From Octopus sinensis (taxonomy: Eukaryota): DNA of 64,000 nucleotides. Below the pieces are notes generated by a model. It saw only the letters and a list, made by a program, of their open reading frames with translations. It ran no database searches and was not told where the DNA came from. The stretch covers positions 17,298,001-17,362,000 of the forward strand of contig NC_043015.1 in NCBI RefSeq assembly GCF_006345805.1, in the 5' to 3' direction. The position numbers and the translations under genes were made by a program. Shown here piece by piece: positions 51,850-63,859 of the stretch; within the stretch, counting starts at the first letter, position 1; every line of letters starts with the position of its first letter.

Positions 51850-54800
51850 TTATGTTTATGTTTATGTTTTCCAGTTTCAGCTCTTGAGCTGTGGCCATGC
51901 TGGGGCACCGCCATTTGGTGTTGCTACATGATTTTACCTAACGAATGCTTTTTAGCAACTGCTATTTGGTGCGTGAGAGAGTTTGATGCAGCTGCCCTCA
52001 TCTGCACCTCCTGCCGTGAAGTTGGTTCATCCTGGACACCTGACAGGAAGAGATCCAGTCCTACTTTAAAGACATCCGCATCCACCACATGCAGGTCTCT
52101 CAGGTTCTTCGGGAGAATATTGAAGAGCTGTGGACCTCTGAATCCCAGGCTATCACAGTATCTTGTCCTACATCTTGATGGCAAATTTGGAGTCCTTGGC
52201 ACCACGCAGTGGCGCCCAGTTCTGGAATTTGTGTAACTCTCGATGCCAAAGTTTGGGACAATTCCTTCCAGGATCTTCCAGATGTATATTATGGAATATC
52301 TTTCTCGCCTACGCTCCAAGGAATAGAGTTTTAATCTCTTGAGTCTTTCCCAGTATCTTATATGCTGCACAGAGGCTATCTTCTTCGTGTAGCTTCGTTG
52401 GATCGCCTCAAGTTCTGTGATCAACTTGACACTGGATGGTGACCATAGCTGAGAGCAATAGTCAAAGTGGCTTAGGACAAGTGTCTTCCAGAGGACCATC
52501 ATGGTTTCTTGCTCTCTTGTTCTAAAGGTTCTAAGAATCCATCCGGCCAGCCGTCTACATTTCATTGCTAATTTAGCAACATGTACATGAAAGGTTGCGT
52601 CATCGCTCATGTAAATACCCAGGTCACGCACCGATTGTGCCTCTGGGATTGCAATCCCTCCAGGTCCAGTGTATTCATTAGGTATTGCATTCAGTTTTGC
52701 ATGCTGATAGCATAAAGCTTGAAACTTTTCAGCATTGAACTGCATGCTATTCTTTTCAGCCCACTTGTATATTTTGTCCAGCTCACATTGCAGGTGCTTA
52801 GTGTCTTCAGGGTTCTGTATTGCCTGTGAAACTTCTGTATCATCTGCATAACTTGTGATCGTGGCTCTCTGCGTGGCTGAGGGCATGTCTGAGAGGGCCA
52901 TTATGAACAGTAGTGGTCCCAAAACAGTGCCCTGCGGACCACCGCTCACTATTTGCGTGTTAATGGAAGTTGCCCCATTGGCTACTACCACCTGACTTCT
53001 ATCCTTCAGAAAGTCATGAAGCCATTCTCCCAATTTTCCAACTATGCCAAGATCACGCAGTTTGTGACATATTATTCCATGATCGACTTTATCAAAGGCC
53101 TTTGCAAAGTCGAGATATATCACTTCCACATTTGAGTGGTTGAGCAGTCGTTTCAGCACCCAATCATAGTGTTGTAGGAGCTGAGTTAAGCAGCTACTTC
53201 CTGGTCGGAAACCATGTTGGGTGTCAGGCAGCAAGTCATTTTCTTCAAGGAAGGTGATTAGTTTCCTTCTGACTATTCGTTCCATGACCTTGCTGATGTG
53301 TGAGGTCAGAGAGATAGGTCTGTAGTTCTTGGCCTCCGCTTTGCTACCTCCTTTATGAATAGGGCATATTTTACCTTCCTTCAGTTTTCTTGGAAGTTTG
53401 CCAGTTGCAAGGAAGCTCTGAAAGAGAAACTGCAGTGGTCTTGCTAGTACTCTCTTACATACTTTTACAAGGATTGCCGGGAATCCATCGGAGCCAGTAG
53501 CTGAGTCTGTTTTCATCTCATCTATAGCCTTTATTACATCGTTTTCCTTTATATTGATGTAGTCAATCATCGCCGCCTCTGACCCCATATCTGCAGTGGT
53601 GAAGAAGTCAGTTGGATTGCTGATTTGGAAATGCCCAAGGGGTGGGGTGAAAACACTCTTGAATTGCTCATTTAGTATTTCACTTACCCTCATTGGATTT
53701 CCTGTGAGTGTGCCATCCCTTTCAAGTAGTGGCCCTATCCTACAGTGCACCGTAGCTGTTTCTTTGGCATACCTGTAGAAAGCTCTGGGGTTAGATTTTA
53801 TGTTGTCTATAGCCCAGGCTTCTTTGTCTGCTTTCCTTTTCATGGGAGAGTTGCAGACATTTTTCAATTTCCAACAGTTTTATTTTCAGGCGGGACTTTT
53901 TACTGTTTTCAATTTGTTTGTTTAGGCGATTTGAGATTTTTGTACGCCGTCTCATTAGAATTTTCCTCTCTCTGGGGATTTTGTTCTTGTGTACAGTGGC
54001 CTTTCTCTCTGGGACACATTTGTAGCATATGGTTTGCATTACAGACATGAATTGTTGAAGTTTCATGTCGATGTCTGGCGAGGAGAGACATTCAGGCCAG
54101 TTTTGTTTGAGGATCTCTTTCTCAATTTGTTTCCAGTTTGCCTTATTGAAGTTCAAGCTGGAAAGATTCTGAGAGTTTCTTGTAGGCTGCATGTCCATGC
54201 TTTCCTTTGGCCCGTACATGGTCAGCTCTACCATGTTGTGATCCGAGAGTAGTGTCGGTGTCACTTTCACATTATGGATGAGATCCATATTATTTGTGAA
54301 GCAGAGATCCAGTGTGTTACCTGCCCTGGTTGGTTGGAGTATTACTTGCTCCATGTACAGGGTGTTGATGAGGTTCAGGAGGGACCTCGCCTGTCCTTGG
54401 TCACATCGTGTCATTCCTGGGAGAGAAAGGCCCTCGGGCCATCTGACATTGGGTAGATTGAAGTCTCCCATGAGAAGTACACTTATGTGTTGTTCTAGTG
54501 TGACTAGAACTTCTTCTATTTTTATAAGGCAGTCTTCAAACTTGCCTATATGGCTTGGGGCATCTGGAAGGCGATATGTAGCACACACAACTACACCAAG
54601 TTGCCTTACATGTACAATTAGTGTGTCACCCACCGAGTTTGAGTATGACAAAAGGACCTGGGGTGTGAGGTCCTCACGGATGTACATAGCAACTCCTCCA
54701 TGACTCCTTTCTTTTCTGTCGGTCCGTAGTACAACATACTGTGGTATGTGTAATTCCGCATCCGCTATGTCCGGTTTCATGTGTGTTTCCGTAAGTGCTA

Positions 54801-55340
54801 TGCATAAGGCTTGATTGCATGCAACAAAGTCTCTCAAGAACGGGATTTTTGTCCTGTTACTGTGTGTTAACAGTTCTCTGATGCTCAGTAGGAGCATCGA
54901 GGTGAGGTGTATGCTGTTGCCGGCGGTGTCCACCTTGGGTTTATTTGCTGTGGTGGTCTTGTGAATTGTGGATGGTCCCATCTGCGGGCTTGAGTTTGAT
55001 GGAGCCAGGTTAGCTGCTGTACAATCTTTTGTGCCATGAACAAAAAAAGATTCTTGTTTAGCAGCTGCCCTTTCAACAGCACGTTGGCAATTTGTGGCAC
55101 GCACCACATCTGCGTACCTCCGTTTTGGGGCAGGTGGTGCGTGGTCCATTCCTTTTCCTTTAGGTAGTTGGTTTCTGACCTGTTTCGAGTTCATGTGGCA
55201 GGGTCTTCGTTGTGCAAAACGGCAGTCTGCACCTTCCTCTCCATGTCAGCAGACACCTTTCATGTAGAATTTACATATTCGTGTGCTCTGTCTGTTTCTA
55301 TCCTTTTTGGTACATGGATAGTTAGGTTTGCTTCTATCCT
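51850..55340 (-). mobile_element. CR1-like LINE: CCCH finger region + APE + RT, (AAACAT)n tail
   Basis: ORF 53791-55194 APE motifs (IALTETH, MGDFNLP, PTRAGNTLDL, SDHNMV). ORF 51924-53867 RT motifs (QHGFRPGSSCLTQL, YLDFAKAFDKVDH, PQGTVLGPLLF, YADD). One frameshift near 53830. Confidence 0.95.
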
Positions 55341-55392
55341 TGGCTGTTTCATCTTTTGGTTTTGCATATTTATACATATATATATATATAAT

Positions 55393-55448
<56 letters not shown>

Positions 55449-55719
55449 CATACATGGTGCGATGGGTAAATTGTCGCCATTTGATATTTTTAATTTCGTA
55501 CATGCGATTTGTTTTTTTTGATTTTGTCGACTACACAGTATAGTAGAGGCAGTTGGACATCGTCTATGAGAAAACAGCACCATGACACAATTCACTCTGC
55601 CAGAAATTTGGAAACGACATGCTGTACTGCTTGGCATTCGTGCCAGAAGCTCCAATACAGACATTTCAGAGTCCTTGGGTGTCAGTCTGAGGACAGTGCA
55701 TTGAGGACAGTGTACCGAG

Positions 55720-56252
55720 AGTGATAAAAATCAAACATCCAGTCAACATCATGGTATTTGGATTGATCATTAGTGATGGCGACGTTGCACCACCATTCAT
55801 CTTCCCACACGCCTCAGGCTCAACACGGAGCCTTACATCAAGTGCCCCGAGTCAAGCGGGTGACTGCTGGAAGACCCTCTGCCTGGCAACAGGACTCTGC
55901 ACCCAGTTATGGCTGTCAGACAATTTCTGCGACCACATCACTCCTAACATCTGGCCACCTAACTCCCGAGACTGCATCCCCCTTCATTATTATGTGTAGA
56001 GCGCAGTTGAGCGAGAGACCAGCAAAACTCATTGTAACACCAAAGATGAACTGAAGGCAAGGATTAAAGCAGTATTCACCAACTTAAACAAGGAGACCGC
56101 CCAGAAGAGTTATTTTGAATAAATTTACACTTTGATATTTCAAGACATTTTAATGTATTTTGGTAAATATAAATATATCTTTTAAAACGAAATATCGGTA
56201 TTATTTTCATTTTTGCGTAATTTAGACGACAGTTTATTCATTGGACTCTGTA
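55720..56252 (+). mobile_element. Tc1/mariner DD37D (maT-like) 3' fragment with internal deletions
   Basis: KHPVNIMVFGLIISDG, WQQDSAP, NIWPPNSRDCIPLHYYV, NTKDELKARI; ends at ...ggactctg|ta. Confidence 0.75.
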
Positions 56253-56258
56253 TATACA

Positions 56259-56327
<69 letters not shown>

Positions 56328-56329
56328 AA

Positions 56330-58293
56330 GCTTTATGAAAATAGACAAAAGACGAAGGCAGGTGGAAAACAAACAAACAATTGTATTAGTATGGCGCTCA
56401 GGAATATAAATAAAACAAGTCTTTAACGTTTCGAGCCTACGCTCTTCAACAGAAAGATACACAGAGAAAAAAACACAGAAAGAAGGAGAGAAAAAAATAT
56501 GCGTGCAGTAACTAACGAATCAACATGGCGAATCTGATTTCGGCTCTTGATTTCGGCCAGAAGTCAAAGATCAAGCATGAGACGCGAGAGCGAAATTAGG
56601 GGAGATAATAGGTTTGAATGACCTACTCCAACATAAGGGTGTGTGTGTGTGTGGTGTGTGTATGAGAGAGTATTAGTGCGTATGAGAGGTCTGGACGTGT
56701 GTATATATATATGATGTGATGTGTAAAGTCGTGTGGTGTAGTGTGGAGAGAGGAGAAGAGGGGAGTGGGGAAGAGGAGGGGGGAGAAGAGGGGGGATATA
56801 GGAGAGGAGGGGGAAGAAGGGGAGGAGGAAGGAGGAGAGAGGGAGAGGGGGAGAGAGAAGGGGAGTGAGGGAGAAGGGGAAGAGGGGAGGAGGGAGGGAG
56901 AAAGAGGGGGAGGAGGAAGGAGGAAAGAGGGAGAGGGGGAGAGAGAAGGGGAGTGAGGGAGCAGAGGGAAGGGGAAGAGGGAAGGAGGGAGGGAGAAAGA
57001 GGGAAGAAGGAAGAAATAGGGAGAAAGAGGGAAAGGGGAAGGGGAGTAGGGGTGAAAGGATGAAGGACTGAAGAGAAGTAGGGGTCGGGGGGAGGTAGGT
57101 GAGGAGGGAGAGGGGTTAGATGAGGAGGGGGAGAGTTGAGACCAAATGGCGTATAAGAGCGAAGAGAGAAGATTAATTCTTGTTCACGGCGCAAACGGGA
57201 ATCCGGATGGCCTCTGTGTAAGGACAAACCGAACACAGACAGGTGTTGCAAGGAGTGACCGGTGGAGCGGAAATGGCGTGAGACCGGTGTGTCGTTCGCA
57301 AGGTGGATGTCACGAAGGTGTTCCGCGAACCGGTCAGCCAAGCGGCGTCCCGTTTGTCCGATGTACAAGGAATGGCAGAGAGAGCAAGAGACGCAATAGA
57401 TAATATTGCTGGAGGTGCAGGTGAAGGAGTTGATGATGCGATAGGGTCGATGATGGGTGCTAGTGAGGAGGGTGGTGTTGGAGAGGTAAGGGCAAGTGCG
57501 GCAACGTGGTCGGGAGCAGGGGACCGAGCCGGGTTGGGAGGTAGGGTCAGGGAAGGAGTTATGGACTAAAAGGTCTCGAAGGTTGTGGGCTCGTTTGAAA
57601 GAGGGGAGGGGTCGGTTAGGGAAGAGGTGTGAAGTGGACGGGTCGGACTGGAGATGACGGAAAGCTCGAAGAATGGTGCGTTGGAGAGGTAGGGTCGTGG
57701 GGTGGTAAGTGAGGGGAAAAGGGAGGCGAGAGACTACAGGGCGGGTTCGGGGAGAGAGAGCAGATACACGGTCCACGGACCGTGCTCTGGCAAGGGCGGT
57801 GTGGATAGTGGTGAGGGGGTATCCACGTAGGGTGAAGTGGTGAGCCATACGTTGAGACTGAGTCTCAAAGTCGTGGTCGTCACTACAGAGCCTACGTAGA
57901 CGGAGGAATTGGGAATAGGGGATGGAAAGCTTGGTGTGTTCTGGGTGGGAGGAAGAGAAGTTGAGGTATGAGTGTGAGTCTGTGTGTTTGTAGTGAATGG
58001 AGGTGGTAAGAGTGGAGTGAATAATGCTAACCGAAATGTCGAGGAAGGAGACAGAGGTGTTGGAGATAGTGGAAGTGAAGTGGAGGGCTGGATGGAAAGA
58101 TTGGACGAAAGAGAGGAAGGAATCTAGATGTTCACGGGAGAGTGAGGTGGCACCGATAATGTCGTCAATGTAACGACCATATAGTTCAGGAGCGGGACCA
58201 GTGAAAGTAGAGAATATTTGGGCCTCAACATAGCCAACGAACAGGTTCGCATAGTTGGGGCCCATTCGCGTTCCCATGGCCACTCCCGAGATA
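56330..58293 (-). mobile_element. Penelope-like element, 5'-truncated, uninterrupted RT-C-terminus to GIY-YIG ORF
   Basis: GVAMGTRMGPNYANLF, YGRYIDD, HYKHTDSHSYL, CSRPRCRTC and YIGQTGRRLADRFAEH, then a long pyrimidine tract and a terminal pseudo-LTR with an HHR. Confidence 0.95.
56420..56457 (-). ncRNA. Variant minimal hammerhead (core CUGUUGAA)
   Basis: tcttt-ctgttgaa-gagc-gtag-gctc-GAAA-cg-TT-aaaga. Confidence 0.65.
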
Positions 58294-58299
58294 TATATT

Positions 58300-58539
58300 C
58301 TTTTATTCTTTCACTTGTTTCAGTCATTTGACTGTGGCCATACTGGAGCATCATCTTAAACGGTGTTAGTCGAAGAAATCGACACCATGACTTATTCTTT
58401 GTAAGTCTAGTACTTTTTCTATCGGTTTGTTTTACCGAACCATTAAGTTACGGGGACATAAACACATCCGTGTCTGTTGTCAAGCGATGGCGGGGGAACA
58501 AACACAGACACACATACGCACACACACACAAATATATAC

Positions 58540-58570
<31 letters not shown>

Positions 58571-58700
58571 CATATACGACGGGCTTCTTCCAGTTTCCGG
58601 TTACCAAATCCACTCACAACGCTTTGGTTGACCTGAGGCTATAGTAGAAAACTGATCCCAGAACAATGTGGTTGGGAAGCAAGCTTCTTACCACATAACC
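58300..58700 (-). mobile_element. OK-like SINE
   Basis: Tail cttgtttcagtcatttgactgtggccatactggagc, with body and head on the minus strand. Confidence 0.85.
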
Positions 58701-58724
58701 ACGATATATGTATATATTTATATA

Positions 58725-58910
58725 GATCGTTAGCCACTACACACATTTTTTTCTTTCCTTGTTTTTTTTCCGTGTCCCTTTCTGTAGAAGAGCGTAGGCT
58801 CGAAACGTAAAAGACTTTTTATATTCCTGAGCGTTATACTAATACATCTGTTTGTTTTGTACACCACTTGTCTTCGTCTGTTGTCTTTTTCGTAAACTCT
58901 CCCTATATAT
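58725..58910 (+). mobile_element. Solo PLE pseudo-LTR with variant HHR (58778-58813, core CUGUAGAA)
   Basis: Homologous to the reverse complement of 56330-56520; cttt-ctgtagaa-gagcgtaggctc-GAAA-cg-TA-aaag. Confidence 0.75.
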
Positions 58911-58950
58911 ATATACTCCCTATATATATATAAACTCTCCCTATATATAT

Positions 58951-59110
58951 ATAGTTTGAAAAACTACGCACGAGCCTCTCACAATTAACAATAAAATAAA
59001 ATTGTATATTCAAGTGCTGAATTCCCTTTAGGCTGTTTGTTATACCTAAAATATATTAAAACGTATACATACATACATGCATACATACATATACACACAT
59101 ATCTAGTATG

Positions 59111-59172
<62 letters not shown>

Positions 59173-59331
59173 ATACTAGATATGTGTGTATATGTATGTA
59201 TGCACGTATGTATGTATACGTTTTAATATATTTTAGGTATAACAAACAGCCTAAACGGAATTCAGCACTTGAATATACAATTTTATTTTATTGTTAATTG
59301 TGAGAGGCTCGTGCGTAGTTTTTCAAACTAT
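58951..59331. repeat. Palindrome with arms of about 160 bp centred on (TA)n
   Basis: atagtttgaaaaactacgcacgagcctctcacaattaac... is mirrored by ...gttaattgtgagaggctcgtgcgtagtttttcaaactat. Confidence 0.9.
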
Positions 59332-59444
59332 ATTTGTATCTTTGTGCCGACGATATCGTATATATATATGTGTGTATGTATGTATGTATGTATGTATGTA
59401 TGTATGTATGTATGTATCTATGTATGCATATACATATACATATA

Positions 59445-59502
<58 letters not shown>

Positions 59503-59512
59503 GTATGTATGC

Positions 59513-59548
<36 letters not shown>

Positions 59549-59624
59549 ATATATATATATATGTATGTATGTATATATGTATGTACGTATGCATATATGT
59601 ATGTATATACATATACATATATAT

Positions 59625-59900
59625 ATTTATTGTGAGAATTTACAAAAAATATAACAAAAGACGAAGACGGGTGTGTAAACAACAAACAGATGTATTAATT
59701 TAACGCTCGGGAAGTGAGAAAGTCTTTTACGTTTCGAGCCTACGCTCTTCCACAGAAAGGAACACAGAAATAAACAGGGAGAGAAGATAGAAAAAGGTTT
59801 AGTGGCTAACGATCTATCATGTCGAATGCCGGATAGAGGGGTCACACAGAAGAGCTAGGTAGTAGGGGAAATAATAAAGTAGTGGTGATTCCAAAACGAA
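59625..59900 (-). mobile_element. PLE pseudo-LTR with variant HHR (59724-59759, core CUGUGGAA)
   Basis: Minus strand cttt-ctgtggaa-gagcgtaggctc-GAAA-cg-TA-aaag; same family as 56330 and 58725. Confidence 0.75.
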
Positions 59901-61795
59901 GGTGCGCGTGCGTGAGGGTGTAAAATAGCATCGAAAAGTGCTAGAAATGAGAGTCAAAATTTAACTCGAACAGCCACATAAAGTACTATGGCATCAATGA
60001 AATATACGGGAATTACGAGCGAGCAAGCCAAAATATCTCTCATATATATATATATGAACGAGCGAATGAGTGTCCCTTTCTCTCTCTTTCTCTCTCTATC
60101 ACTCACTCTCTCTCTCTCTCACTCTCCTCTCTCTTTCTCTCTCTGTTAATCAACAAGAGCTGTTTCGAAAGCAAAAATCAATCTTTGCAAACATTTGAGT
60201 TCTATACTGAGAGGATGGTTGACAGATTATCTTTGTTAGTTTATTGTATTTGCTTAATATATTCCTAGCCATCTGCTCCCACCGAGAGCATACAATCAAT
60301 AACAACTATTTGCTTGAAGGGTATTTATGTAGACGTCTATTGTAATTTCGATCATGGAAAGCTTGATTACTAACTTCAAGTAGACGTGAATGCGCAGATA
60401 ACTATAGATACAAGTAACCCTACGAATTTTACATTGTATCTGCTTTTCTCCAAACTCCTCAAATATCTAGACTACCTTTTGTTTTGTATCGAGGACAACT
60501 TTCCATTTTCTATACTAAATATCGTCACTATTCACATTTCCTCTTTACTTTCGCACCCTACCTACCCTGATGTTGTTGAAGCAGAAGACGAATATTTCGC
60601 TGTTCCATAACTACTTTGCAGAAACAGCCACTAAACACTTTGTCTAATATATTTTCCTCCTTATCTCAAGTCAGTAATACCCATCGGGCTGCAAATCAAC
60701 AATATGAATTCTTAAATCATTGATCGCACTGGAAAAGCCAGAAAAGGCAATGAATACAGCCCATCTATTCTAATAATTTCTTAATAAATTAGATGTAGAT
60801 TGCAAAATGAAAGAGATATCTGTGAGTTTATAACATTACAGAAAGTTGCACATAACTTCTGATAAGCTATGTCAAGTTTTTATACAGTACAGTATGTGTT
60901 ATGTATTTTGGAGAATTTTTTTATCTATGGAGCTCTTTGATTACTATTTCGTCCTGGTAGACCCTCAAAGTCATTCGATGTTTAAAAACAAGTTTTATAA
61001 AAACCTCTTTCAAAATTCCTGTTTTGTATTCCACACATTCACTTATGTAGGTTGTTAGAGAAAATGTTAGAGAAAGAAACTTAGCTGTTTCTTACAATAC
61101 ATACCAAACCAAAGTTTTTTCAGGGGCTCTATACTATTGTGGACTCCCAATGTATCACTTTGTTGCATGACCCCCCCCCCCAATCTTGGATGGACCCTCA
61201 GGGCCCATATAGACCTCGGTTGAGAACCATTGATCAACATTATCTGATTATTGAAGTCTAAAATATTCTATATATTGGTGATGTAATTAAATCTTTTTTG
61301 TTGTTGTTTGTTTATGCATATAGGAATGTTGTGATGATGATGGTATGTGGTCGTTGTAGCTAGGTTTGTGGTGCAGGTAGTGATGTTCGAAGAGAGGAGT
61401 TATTGTAGTTAGTTTTGTAGGGTGTGTACTAAATATGTTAATGTGGGTTGTTTAGAATGTAAAGTTGGTTTTAAAATGTGTGTCCTTTTATGTTATCAGT
61501 ATTATTTTTCTTCCAACATATGCGCATTCAAGTCTCTCGCAATGGTTGTATTTTGTCTTGTGGTAGCGATTGTAGCTTGGTGGGGCAATTAATAATGTCG
61601 ATGGTGGTATGTATATGATAATTATTGATGAGTTGCAAATTTGCATTTGAATGCGTGTATTATATTGTCGTATGATACCAGTGTTCGAGTGTCGTTTATG
61701 TTCTCTGTACATGGGATACAGTCACCATGTAATACAAAAAAACCTGCGTATTAATTATAAACGTATAGATATTAATTATAAACGTATAGAAAATT

Positions 61796-62252
61796 CGGAT
61801 CTTTTCGGTTTGAACGGCAGTTTTTAACATAATTTCTAGCTAACTAAAAATTTTAAACTTCGTATACTGGTAGAATGTGTTTATAAAACATCTTTTTCTC
61901 TTTGCTTTATTGAGAAAATTCTATAGTTTGTAAGATATTTGTTGTTTTTTTCTTCAATTTCTGCAATTTCATCCAATCATTGATGTCCATTGAGTTAAAA
62001 GGCATTCTGTGCCGTATGAATATGTCCCTCGTTTAAGAAACATATTAGGTTTATTTACATTTGTGAAGAAAAAAAGATACCCTTCCCCCCACCCCTAACC
62101 CTAACTAACTCTAACTAACCCTAACTGACCCTAACTAACCCTAACCCTAAAATAGATTGAAATGCAATAGATCGATACTAGGGTCATAATTATGGGTGAC
62201 AATTTCATATGACACCGCTAGAAAAGACTGCCGTTCAAACCGAAAAGATCCG
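61796..62252. mobile_element. MITE-like element with about 26-bp TIRs carrying telomere-like (CCCTAA)n
   Basis: cggatcttttcggtttgaacggcagt / actgccgttcaaaccgaaaagatccg; degenerate ccctaa/ctaa array at 62093-62150. Confidence 0.75.
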
Positions 62253-62851
62253 AAAATTGAATTTTTAATATATTTTATTATCATATCTAATGTGTGTAAA
62301 CGATTACGTGAGTTGCAAATGTGTATGTGTTTGGATGTGTTATGGTTATATTTGATAATCTGCAATATTAATAAACTGAATAAACAAAAACACCGTCAAC
62401 AAACTAGGACAAGTTATAATCATACAAATGTACTTATAATAATAATGATGTACTTATAATTGTCACATTTCCCATCTCACTTCTTATCCTCCGTATGTGT
62501 TCGTACGAGAATGTTTACATACATATTTATATGAGCAATAGTTTGTGTATATACACACTATCACATCACGCGCGCGTGTGCGAATGTATATTCTTCTCTA
62601 TTATGTTTTTAATTTGGAATAAATTTTGACCGGTCACCTTATTGAGAACAAAATTGTGAAGGAAAACATCAAAGAAATCACCAACATTGACAGCAGCAAA
62701 AACAACACCACAAGAATTCCAAAAAACAATAACGACGTTCTCAACAGAAAAACGTGTTCGGAGCAATCAGACATGTCCTGCAGTGAGTGGGAGCAAGAAA
62801 ATACTGATTGGCAAAAGATTCGTAGACCAAACAAAAGAAAAAGAAATACAG

Positions 62852-63240
62852 GCGCAGCGTGGCCGTGCGGTAAGAAGCTTGCTTCACAACAACATGGTTC
62901 CAAGTTCAGTCCCATTGTGTAGCACCTTGGGCAAATGTCTTCTACTATACCCTCGGGCCGAACAAAGCCTTGTGAGTGGATTTGGTAGACGGAAACTGAA
63001 AGAAGCCCCTCGTATGTGCGTGTGTGTGTGTGCGTGTATTTGTGTATGTGTCTGTGTTTGTCCCCCCACTATCGCTTGACAACCGATGTTGGTGTGTTTA
63101 CATCCCCGTAACTTAGCAGTTTGGCAAAAGACACCGATAGAATAAGTACTAGGCTTACAAAGTCCTGAGGTTGATTTGTTCGACTAAAGGCGGTGCTCCA
63201 GCATGGCCGCAGTCAAATGACTGAAGCAAATAAAAGAATA
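62852..63240 (+). mobile_element. OK-like SINE, full length
   Basis: Head aggcgcagcgtggccgtgcgg, B-box aagttcagtccc, tail ggcggtgctccagcatggccgcagtcaaatgactgaa. Confidence 0.9.
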
Positions 63241-63534
63241 AAAGAAAGTAACACCGACATCAATACAAAAAACTGGCAAGTATGACCAGAAGAGGGAAAT
63301 ACCATCGAAAACAAATTTTCAAGTGTCTCCCCCAACAGCAGCCACACTAGCACCATCAACAGCAACATCATCCCCATCATTACCATCACCACCACCATTA
63401 TCAAAGACACCACCATCACCAGCACAACCCAATTCACACACAACTTTCAGATGGAACACCAAGAGCTGCAACAAAAGTCAAACATTTTGAACTACAAAAC
63501 AATAAAAAAGACTAGCAATAAAAAAACTAATGGA

Positions 63535-63636
<102 letters not shown>

Positions 63637-63859
63637 CAATACAATCATCACACACCGATTTTACCATACCAAGAAACAACACGTCAACACATAATAAAGT
63701 CATACAAACATCACAACACATACAACACCATCAAAATAAAATTTTCTGAAGGATTTGGGGCTTTCCAGAGAGACCTAAATAAAAGAATATATAAAGAACA
63801 GTTCATGGAACATCCATCCCCTCCTTGTCAACTAAATTACTTTTCCGCTTTGATCTAAC

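Noticed and set aside
56673-57125. Pro/Ser/Leu-rich extensin-like C-terminus of the 536-aa ORF
   Set aside because: It is read-through into a pyrimidine tract after the normal PLE end (TPFGLN), not a protein domain.
60180-60650. piggyBac remnant on the minus strand
   Set aside because: Only faint similarity (KYNK...QYRTQM); too decayed to support by eye.
62093-62150. True telomere or chromosome-fusion scar
   Set aside because: The array is short, degenerate and enclosed by TIRs.
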